Assembly: GCF_009914755.1 (NCBI RefSeq)
Contig: NC_060946.1
Reading direction: 5' to 3' (one strand)
DNA length: 64,000 nt
Source of the DNA: the human T2T-CHM13v2.0 reference genome, Homo sapiens
Below the pieces are notes generated by a model. That model saw only the letters and a list, made by a program, of their open reading frames with translations. It ran no database searches and had not been told where the DNA came from. Each line of letters starts with the position of its first letter. The first letter of the stretch is position 1. The translations under genes and the position numbers were made by a program. Of this stretch, positions 25,201-36,400 are shown piece after piece.

Positions 25201-28200
25201 AAGACGTTTCTGAGAATGCTTCTGTCTAGATTTGATATGAAGATATTCCCGTTTCCAACGAAATCTTCAAATCTATCCAAATGTCCACTTGCAGATTCAA
25301 CAAAAAGTGTTTTTCAGAACTGCTCTATCAAAAGAAAGATCCACCTCTGTTAGCTGAGTTCACACATCCAAACAAGTTTATGAGAATGCTTCTGTCTAGT
25401 TTTTATTTGAAGATATTTCCTTTCTCACCATAGACCTGAAAGCTGTCCTAATGTTCACTTCCAGATACTACAGAAAGAGTGTTTCAAAACTGCTGTACGA
25501 AAGGGAATGTTCAACTCTGTGACTTGAATGCACACATCACAAAGAAGTTTCTGAGGATGCTGCTGTCTACTTTTTATACGTAATCCCGTTTCCAACGAAA
25601 TCCTCCAAGCTATCCAAATATCCACTTGCAGATTCCACAGAAAGACTGTTTCAAAACTGCTCTGTCAATAGAAAGGTTCAACTCTGTTAGCTGCGTGCAT
25701 ATATCCCAAAGAAGATTCTGAGATTGCTTCTGTCTAGTTTTTATGGGAAGATATTTCCCTTTTCACCGTAGGCGTCAAGGCGCTCCAAATGTCCACTTCC
25801 AGATACTACAAAAAGAGTGTTTCAAACCTACTCTGTGAAAGGGAATATTCAACTCTGTGACTTGAATGCACATATCACAAAGAAGTTTCTGATAATGCTT
25901 CTGTCGAGATTTTATATGAAGATATTCCCGTTTCCAACGAAATCCTGAAATCTATCCAAATATCCCCTCGCAGATTCTACAAAAAGAGTGTTTCAAAACT
26001 GCTCTGTAAAAAGAAAGGTTCAACTCTGTTAGTTGAGTACACACATCACAAACAAGTTTCACAGAATGCTTCTTTCTAGCTTGTAGGGGAAGATATTCCC
26101 TTTATCACCATGGGCCTCCAACCGTCCGAAACATCCACTTCCATATACTACAAAAAGAGCGTTTCAAACCTGCTCTATGAAAGGCAATGTTCAACTCTGT
26201 GACTTGAATGCAGACATCACAGAGCAGTTTCTGAGAATGCTTCTGTCTAGATTTTATAGGAAGATATTCCCGTTTCCAACGAAATCTTCACAGCTATCCA
26301 AATATCCACTTGCAGATTCTACAAAAGGAGTGTATCAAAACTGCTCTGTCAAAAGGAAGGTTCTTCTCTGTTAGGTGAGTGCATACGTCATAAAGGAGTT
26401 TCTGAGAATGTTTCTGTCTAGTGGTTATGGGAAGATATTTGCTTTTTCACCGTAGGCCTCAGAGCGCTCCAAATATCCACTTGCACATACTACAAAAAGA
26501 GTGCCTCAAAGCTGCTCTCTGAAACGGAATGTTCAACTCTATGAGTTGAATGCAAACATCACAAAGACGTTTCTGAGAATGCTTCTGTCTAGATTTGATA
26601 TGAAGATATTCCCGTTTCCAACGAAATCTTCAAATCTATCCAAATGTCCACTTGCAGATTCAACAAAAAGTGTTTTTCAGAACTGCTCTATCAAAAGAAA
26701 GATCCACCTCTGTTAGCTGAGTTCACACATCACAAACAAGTTTATGAGAATGCTTCTGTCTAGTTTTTATTTGAAGATATTTCCTTTCTCACCATAGACC
26801 TGAAAGCTGTCCTAATGTTCACTTCCAGATACTACAGAAAGAGTGTTTCAAAACTGCTGTACGAAAGGGAATGTTCAACTCTGTGACTTGAATGCACACA
26901 TCACAAAGAAGTTTCTGAGGATGCTGCTGTCTACTTTTTATACGTAATCCCGTTTCCAACGAAATCCTCCAAGCTATCCAAATATCCACTTGCAGATTCC
27001 ACAGAAAGACTGTTTCAAAACTGCTCTGTCAATAGAAAGGTTCAACTCTGTTAGCTGCGTGCATATATCCCAAAGAAGATTCTGAGATTCCTTCTGTCTA
27101 GTTTTTATGGGAAGATATTTCCCTTTTCACCGTAGGCGTCAAGGCGCTCCAAATGTCCACTTCCAGATACTACAAAAAGAGTGTTTCAAACCTACTCTGT
27201 GAAAGCGAATATTCAACTCTGTGACTTGAATGCACATATCACAAAGAAGTTTCTGAGAATGCTTCTGTCGAGATTTTATATGAAGATATTCCCGTTTCCA
27301 ACGAAATCCTGAAATCTATCCAAATATCCCCTCGCAGATTCTACAAAAAGAGTGTTTCAAAACTGCTCTGTAAAAAGAAAGGTTCAACTCTGTTAGTTGA
27401 GTACACACATCACAAACAAGTTTCACAGAATGCTTCTTTCTAGCTTGTAGGGGAAGATATTCCCTTTATCACCATGGTCCTCAAACCGTCCGAAACGTCC
27501 ACTTCCATATACTACAAAAAGAGCGTTTCAAACCTGCTCTAGGAAAGGCAATGTTCAACTCTGTGACTTGAATGCAGACATCACAGAGCAGTTTCTGAGA
27601 ATGCTTCTGTCTAGATTTTATAGGAAGATATTCCCGTTTCCAACGAAATCTTCACAGCTATCCAAATATCCACTTGCAGATTCTACAAAAAGAGTGTATC
27701 AAAACTGCTCTGTCAAAAGGAAGGTTCTTCTCTGTTAGGTGAGTGCATACGTCATAAAGGAGTTTCTGAGAATGTTTCTGTCTAGTGGTTATGGGAAGAT
27801 ATTTGCTTTTTCACCGTAGGCCTCAGAGCGCTCCAAATATCCACTTGCACATACTACAAAAAGAGTGCCTCAAAGCTGCTCTCTGAAACGGAATGTTCAA
27901 CTCTATGAGTTGAATGCAAACATCACAAAGACGTTTCTGAGAATGCTTCTGTCTAGATTTGATATGAAGATATTCCCGTTTCCAACGAAATCTTCAAATC
28001 TATCCAAATGTCCACTTGCAGATTCAACAAAAAGTGTTTTTCAGAACTGCTGTATCAAAAGAAAGATCCACGTCTGTTAGCTGAGTTCACACATCACAAA
28101 CAAGTTTATGAGAATGCTTCTGTCTAGTTTTTATTTGAAGATATTTCCTTTCTCACCATAGACCTGAAAGCTGTCCTAATGTTCACTTCCAGATACTACA

Positions 28201-31200
28201 GAAAGAGTGTTTCAAAACTGCTGTACGAAAGGGAATTTTCAACCCTGTGACTTGAATGCACACATCACAAAGAAGTTTCTGAGGATGCTGCTGTCTACTT
28301 TTTATACGTAATCCCGTTTCCAACGAAATCCTCCAAGCTATCCAAATATCCACTTGCAGATTCCACAGAAAGACTGTTTCAAAACTGCTCTGTCAATAGA
28401 AAGGTTCAACTCTGTTAGCTGCGTGCATATATCCCAAAGAAGATTCTGAGATTGCTTCTGTCTAGTTTTTATGGGAAGATATTTCCCTTTTCACCGTAGG
28501 CGTCAAGGCGCTCCAAATGTCCACTTCCAGATACTACAAAAAGAGTGTTTCAAACCTACTCTGTGAAAGGGAATATTCAACTCTGTGACTTGAATGCACA
28601 TATCACAAAGAAGTTTCTGATAATGCTTCTGTCGAGATTTTATATGAAGATATTCCCGTTTCCAACGAAATCCTGAAATCTATCCAAATATCCCCTCGCA
28701 GATTCTACAAAAAGAGTGTTTCAAAACTGTTCTGTAAAAAGAAAGGTTCAACTCTGTTAGTTGAGTACACACATCACAAACAAGTATCACAGAATGCTTC
28801 TTTCTAGCTTGTAGGGGAAGATATTCCCTTTATCACCATGGGCCTCAAACCGTCCGAAACGTCCACTTCCATATACTTCAAAAAGAGCGTTTCAAACCTG
28901 CTCTATGAAAGGCAATGTTCAACTCTGTGACTTGAATGCAGACATCACAGAGCTGTTTATGAGAATGCTTCTGTCTAGATTTTATAGGATGATATTCCCG
29001 TTTCCAACGAAATCTTCACAGCTATCCAAATATCCACTTGCAGATTCTACAAAAAGAGTGTATCCAAACTGCTCTGGCAAAAGGAAGGTTCTTCTCTGTT
29101 AGGTGAGTGCATACGTCATAAAGGAGTTTCTGAGAATGTTTCGGTCTAGTGGTTATGGGAAGATATTTGCTTTTTCACCGTAGGCCTCAGAGCGCTCCAA
29201 ATATCCACTTGCACATACTACAAAAAGAGTGCCTCAAAGCTGCTCTCTGAAATGGAATGTTCAACTCTATGAGTTGAATGCAAACATCACAAAGACGTTT
29301 CTGAGAATGCTTCTGTCTAGATTTGATATGAAGATATTCCCGTTTCCAACGAAATCTTCAAATCTATCCAAATGTCCACTTGCAGATTCAACAAAAAGTG
29401 TTTTTCAGAACTGCTCTATCAAAAGAAAGATCCACCTCTGTTAGCTGAGTTCACACATCCAAACAAGTTTATGAGAATGCTTCTGTCTAGTTTTTATTTG
29501 AAGATATTTCCTTTCTCACCATAGACCTGAAAGCTGTCCTAATGTTCACTTCCAGATACTACAGAAAGAGTGTTTCAAAACTGCTGTACGAAAGGGAATG
29601 TTCAACTCTGTGACTTGAATGCACACATCACAAAGAAGTTTCTGAGGATGCTGCTGTCTACTTTTTATACGTAATCCCGTTTCCAACGAAATCCTCCAAG
29701 CTATCCAAATATCCACTTGCAGATTCCACAGAAAGACTGTTTCAAAACTGCTCTGTCAATAGAAAGGTTCAACTCTGTTAGCTGCGTGCATATATCCCAA
29801 AGAAGATTCTGAGATTGCTTCTGTCTAGTTTTTATGGGAAGATATTTCCCTTTTCACCGTAGGCGTCAAGGCGCTCCAAATGTCCACTTCCAGATACTAC
29901 AAAAAGAGTGTTTCAAACCTACTCTGTGAAAGGGAATATTCAACTCTGTGACTTGAATGCACATATCACAAAGAAGTTTCTGATAATGCTTCTGTCGAGA
30001 TTTTATATGAAGATATTCCCGTTTCCAACGAAATCCTGAAATCTATCCAAATATCCCCTCGCAGATTCTACAAAAAGAGTGTTTCAAAACTGCTCTGTAA
30101 AAAGAAAGGTTCAACTCTGTTAGTTGAGTACACACATCACAAACAAGTTTCACAGAATGCTTCTTTCTAGCTTGTAGGGGAAGATATTCCCTTTATCACC
30201 ATGGGCCTCCAACCGTCCGAAACATCCACTTCCATATACTACAAAAAGAGCGTTTCAAACCTGCTCTATGAAAGGCAATGTTCAACTCTGTGACTTGAAT
30301 GCAGACATCACAGAGCAGTTTCTGAGAATGCTTCTGTCTAGATTTTATAGGAAGATATTCCCGTTTCCAACGAAATCTTCACAGCTATCCAAATATCCAC
30401 TTGCAGATTCTACAAAAGGAGTGTATCAAAACTGCTCTGTCAAAAGGAAGGTTCTTCTCTGTTAGGTGAGTGCATACGTCATAAAGGAGTTTCTGAGAAT
30501 GTTTCTGTCTAGTGGTTATGGGAAGATATTTGCTTTTTCACCGTAGGCCTCAGAGCGCTCCAAATATCCACTTGCACATACTACAAAAAGAGTGCCTCAA
30601 AGCTGCTCTCTGAAACGGAATGTTCAACTCTATGAGTTGAATGCAAACATCACAAAGACGTTTCTGAGAATGCTTCTGTCTAGATTTGATATGAAGATAT
30701 TCCCGTTTCCAACGAAATCTTCAAATCTATCCAAATGTCCACTTGCAGATTCAACAAAAAGTGTTTTTCAGAACTGCTCTATCAAAAGAAAGATCCACCT
30801 CTGTTAGCTGAGTTCACACATCACAAACAAGTTTATGAGAATGCTTCTGTCTAGTTTTTATTTGAAGATATTTCCTTTCTCACCATAGACCTGAAAGCTG
30901 TCCTAATGTTCACTTCCAGATACTACAGAAAGAGTGTTTCAAAACTGCTGTACGAAAGGGAATGTTCAACTCTGTGACTTGAATGCACACATCACAAAGA
31001 AGTTTCTGAGGATGCTGCTGTCTACTTTTTATACGTAATCCCGTTTCCAACGAAATCCTCCAAGCTATCCAAATATCCACTTGCAGATTCCACAGAAAGA
31101 CTGTTTCAAAACTGCTCTGTCAATAGAAAGGTTCAACTCTGTTAGCTGCGTGCATATATCCCAAAGAAGATTCTGAGATTCCTTCTGTCTAGTTTTTATG

Positions 31201-32385
31201 GGAAGATATTTCCCTTTTCACCGTAGGCGTCAAGGCGCTCCAAATGTCCACTTCCAGATACTACAAAAAGAGTGTTTCAAACCTACTCTGTGAAAGGGAA
31301 TATTCAACTCTGTGACTTGAATGCACATATCACAAAGAAGTTTCTGAGAATGCTTCTGTCGAGATTTTATATGAAGATATTCCCGTTTCCAACGAAATCC
31401 TGAAATCTATCCAAATATCCCCTCGCAGATTCTACAAAAAGAGTGTTTCAAAACTGCTCTGTAAAAAGAAAGGTTCAACTCTGTTAGTTGAGTACACACA
31501 TCACAAACAAGTTTCACAGAATGCTTCTTTCTAGCTTGTAGGGGAAGATATTCCCTTTATCACCATGGTCCTCAAACCGTCCGAAACGTCCACTTCCATA
31601 TACTACAAAAAGAGCGTTTCAAACCTGCTCTAGGAAAGGCAATGTTCAACTCTGTGACTTGAATGCAGACATCACAGAACAGTTTCTGAGAATGCTTCTG
31701 TCTAGATTTTATAGGAAGATATTCCCGTTTCCAACGAAATCTTCACAGCTATCCAAATATCCACTTGCAGATTCTACAAAAAGAGTGTATCAAAACTGCT
31801 CTGTCAAAAGGAAGGTTCTTCTCTGTTAGGTGAGTGCATACGTCATAAAGGAGTTTCTGAGAATGTTTCTGTCTAGTGGTTATGGGAAGATATTTGCTTT
31901 TTCACCGTAGGCCTCAGAGCGCTCCAAATATCCACTTGCACATACTACAAAAAGAGTGCCTCAAAGCTGCTCTCTGAAACGGAATGTTCAACTCTATGAG
32001 TTGAATGCAAACATCACAAAGACGTTTCTGAGAATGCTTCTGTCTAGATTTGATATGAAGATATTCCCGTTTCCAACGAAATCTTCAAATCTATCCAAAT
32101 GTCCACTTGCAGATTCAACAAAAAGTGTTTTTCAGAACTGCTCTATCAAAAGAAAGATCCACCTCTGTTAGCTGAGTTCACACATCACAAACAAGTTTAT
32201 GAGAATGCTTCTGTCTAGTTTTTATTTGAAGATATTTCCTTTCTCACCATAGACCTGAAAGCTGTCCTAATGTTCACTTCCAGATACTACAGAAAGAGTG
32301 TTTCAAAACTGCTGTACGAAAGGGAATGTTCAACTCTGTGACTTGAATGCACACATCACAAAGAAGTTTCTGAGGATGCTGCTGT

Positions 32386-33407
32386 CTACTTTTTATACGT
32401 AATCCCGTTTCCAACGAAATCCTCCAAGCTATCCAAATATCCACTTGCAGATTCCACAGAAAGACTGTTTCAAAACTGCTCTGTCAATAGAAAGGTTCAA
32501 CTCTGTTAGCTGCGTGCATATATCCCAAAGAAGATTCTGAGATTCCTTCTGTCTAGTTTTTATGGGAAGATATTTCCCTTTTCACCGTAGGCGTCAAGGC
32601 GCTCCAAATGTCCACTTCCAGATACTACAAAAAGAGTGTTTCAAACCTACTCTGTGAAAGGGAATATTCAACTCTGTGACTTGAATGCACATATCACAAA
32701 GAAGTTTCTGAGAATGCTTCTGTCGAGATTTTATATGAAGATATTCCCGTTTCCAACGAAATCCTGAAATCTATCCAAATATCCCCTCGCAGATTCTACA
32801 AAAAGAGTGTTTCAAAACTGCTCTGTAAAAAGAAAGGTTCAACTCTGTTAGTTGAGTACACACATCACAAACAAGTTTCACAGAATGCTTCTTTCTAGCT
32901 TGTAGGGGAAGATATTCCCTTTATCACCATGGTCCTCAAACCGTCCGAAACGTCCACTTCCATATACTACAAAAAGAGCGTTTCAAACCTGCTCTAGGAA
33001 AGGCAATGTTCAACTCTGTGACTTGAATGCAGACATCACAGAACAGTTTCTGAGAATGCTTCTGTCTAGATTTTATAGGAAGATATTCCCGTTTCCAACG
33101 AAATCTTCAAATCTATCCAAATGTCCACTTGCAGATTCATCAAAAAGTGTTTTTCAGAACTGCTCTATCAAAAGAAAGATCCACCTCTGTTAGCTGAGTT
33201 CACACATCACAAACAAGTTTATGAGAATGCTTCTGTCTAGTTTTTATTTGAAGATATTTCCTTTCTCACCATAGACCTGAAAGCTGTCCTAATGTTCACT
33301 TCCAGATACTACAGAAAGAGTGTTTCAAAACTGCTGTACGAAAGGGAATGTTCAACTCTGTGACTTGAATGCACACATCACAAAGAAGTTTCTGAGGATG
33401 CTGCTGT
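32386..33407 (-). repeat. 6-monomer structural variant of the HOR (1022 bp), copy 2
   Basis: Marker spacing 31956 to 34342 (2386). Same junction and same private SNP (gattcaTcaa) as copy 1, 20113 bp downstream. Confidence 0.96.
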
Positions 33408-36400
33408 CTACTTTTTATACGTAATCCCGTTTCCAACGAAATCCTCCAAGCTATCCAAATATCCACTTGCAGATTCCACAGAAAGACTGTTTCAAAACTG
33501 CTCTGTCAATAGAAAGGTTCAACTCTGTTAGCTGCGTGCATATATCCCAAAGAAGATTCTGAGATTGCTTCTGTCTAGTTTTTATGGGAAGATATTTCCC
33601 TTTTCACCGTAGGCGTCAAGGCGCTCCAAATGTCCACTTCCAGATACTACAAAAAGAGTGTTTCAAACCTACTCTGTGAAAGCGAATATTCAACTCTGTG
33701 ACTTGAATGCACATATCACAAAGAAGTTTCTGAGAATGCTTCTGTCGAGATTTTATATGAAGATATTCCCGTTTCCAACGAAATCCTGAAATCTATCCAA
33801 ATATCCCCTCGCAGATTCTACAAAAAGAGTGTTTCAAAACTGCTCTGTAAAAAGAAAGGTTCAACTCTGTTAGTTGAGTACACACATCACAAACAAGTTT
33901 CACAGAATGCTTCTTTCTAGCTTGTAGGGGAAGATATTCCCTTTATCACCATGGGCCTCCAACCGTCCGAAACGTCCACTTCCATATACTACCAAAAGAG
34001 CGTTTCAAACCTGCTCTAGGAAAGGCAATGTTCAACTCTGTGACTTGAATGCAGACATCACAGAGCAGTTTCTGAGAATGCTTCTGTCTAGATTTTATAG
34101 GAAGATATTCCCGTTTCCAACGAAATCTTCACAGCTATCCAAATATCCACTTGCAGATTCTACAAAAAGAGTGTATCAAAACTGCTCTGTCAAAAGGAAG
34201 GTTCTTCTCTGTTAGGTGAGTGCATACGTCATAAAGGAGTTTCTGAGAATGTTTCTGTCTAGTGGTTATGGGAAGATATTTGCTTTTTCACCGTAGGCCT
34301 CAGAGCGCTCCAAATATCCACTTGCACATACTACAAAAAGAGTGCCTCAAAGCTGCTCTCTGAAACGGAATGTTCAACTCTATGAGTTGAATGCAAACAT
34401 CACAAAGACGTTTCTGAGAATGCTTCTGTCTAGATTTGATATGAAGATATTCCCGTTTCCAACGAAATCTTCAAATCTATCCAAATGTCCACTTGCAGAT
34501 TCAACAAAAAGTGTTTTTCAGAACTGCTCTATCAAAAGAAAGATCCACCTCTGTTAGCTGAGTTCACACATCACAAACAAGTTTATGAGAATGCTTCTGT
34601 CTAGTTTTTATTTGAAGATATTTCCTTTCTCACCATAGACCTGAAAGCTGTCCTAATGTTCACTTCCAGATACTACAGAAAGAGTGTTTAAAAACTGCTG
34701 TACGAAAGGGAATGTTCAACTCTGTGACTTGAATGCACACATCACAAAGAAGTTTCTGAGGATGCTGCTGTCTACTTTTTATACGTAATCCCGTTTCCAA
34801 CGAAATCCTCCAAGCTATCCAAATATCCACTTGCAGATTCCACAGAAAGACTGTTTCAAAACTGCTCTGTCAATAGAAAGGTTCAACTCTGTTAGCTGCG
34901 TGCATATATCCCAAAGAAGATTCTGAGATTGCTTCTGTCTAGTTTTTATGGGAAGATATTTCCCTTTTCACCGTAGGCGTCAAGGCGCTCCAAATGTCCA
35001 CTTCCAGATACTACAAAAAGAGTGTTTCAAACCTACTCTGTGAAAGGGAATATTCAACTCTGTGACTTGAATGCACATATCACAAAGAAGTTTCTGAGAA
35101 TGCTTCTGTCGAGATTTTATATGAAGATGTTCCCGTTTCCAAAGAAATCCTGAAATCTATCCAAATATCACCTCGCAGATTCTACAAAAAGAGTGTTTCA
35201 AAACTGCTCTGTAAAAAGAAAGTTTCAACTCTGTTACTTGAGTACACACATCACAAACAAGTTTCACAGAATGCTTCTTTCTAGCTTGTAGGGGAAGATA
35301 TTCCCTTTATCACCATGGTCCTCAAACCGTCCGAAACGTCCACTTCCATATACTACAAAAAGAGCGTTTCAAACCTGCTCTAGGAAAGGCAATGTTCAAC
35401 TCTGTGACTTGAATGCAGACATCACAGAGCAGTTTCTGAGAATGCTTCTGTCTAGATTTTATAGGAAGATATTCCCGTTTCCAACGAAATCTTCACAGCT
35501 ATCCAAATATCCACTTGCAGATTCTACAAAAAGAGTGTATCAAAACTGCTCTGTCAAAAGGAAGGTTCTTCTCTGTTAGGTGAGTGCATACGTCATAAAG
35601 GAGTTTCTGAGAATGTTTCTGTCTAGTGGTTATGGGAAGATATTTGCTTTTTCACCGTAGTCCTCAGAGCGCTCCAAATATCCACTTGCACATACTACAA
35701 AAAGAGTGCCTCAAAGCTGCTCTCTGAAACGGAATGTTCAACTCTATGAGTTGAATGCAAACATCACAAAGACGTTTCTGAGAATGCTTCTGTCTAGATT
35801 TGATATGAAGATATTCCCGTTTCCAACGAAATCTTCAAATCTATCCAAATGTCCACTTGCAGATTCAACAAAAAGTGTTTTTCAGAACTGCTCTATCAAA
35901 AGAAAGATCCACCTCTGTTAGCTGAGTTCACACATCACAAACAAGTTTATGAGAATGCTTCTGTCTAGTTTTTATTTGAAGATATTTCCTTTCTCACCAT
36001 AGACCTGAAAGCTGTCCTAATGTTCACTTCCAGATACTACAGAAAGAGTGTTTCAAAACTGCTGTACGAAAGGGAATGTTCAACTCTGTGACTTGAATGC
36101 ACACATCACAAAGAAGTTTCTGAGGATGCTGCTGTCTACTTTTTATACGTAATCCCGTTTCCAACGAAATCCTCCAAGCTATCCAAATATCCACTTGCAG
36201 ATTCCACAGAAAGACTGTTTCAAAACTGCTCTGTCAATAGAAAGGTTCAACTCTGTTAGCTGCGTGCATATATCCCAAAGAAGATTCTGAGATTGCTTCT
36301 GTCTAGTTTTTATGGGAAGATATTTCCCTTTTCACCGTAGGCGTCAAGGCGCTCCAAATGTCCACTTCCAGATACTACAAAAAGAGTGTTTCAAACCTAC

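Larger units (their letters stand above)
1..36135. repeat. Large imperfect tandem duplication of a multi-HOR block (about 1-16022 versus 16023-36135)
   Basis: The same succession of HOR haplotypes, including the 6-mer and its two downstream neighbours, recurs at offsets of 16022, 17386 and 20113 bp. Confidence 0.75.
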
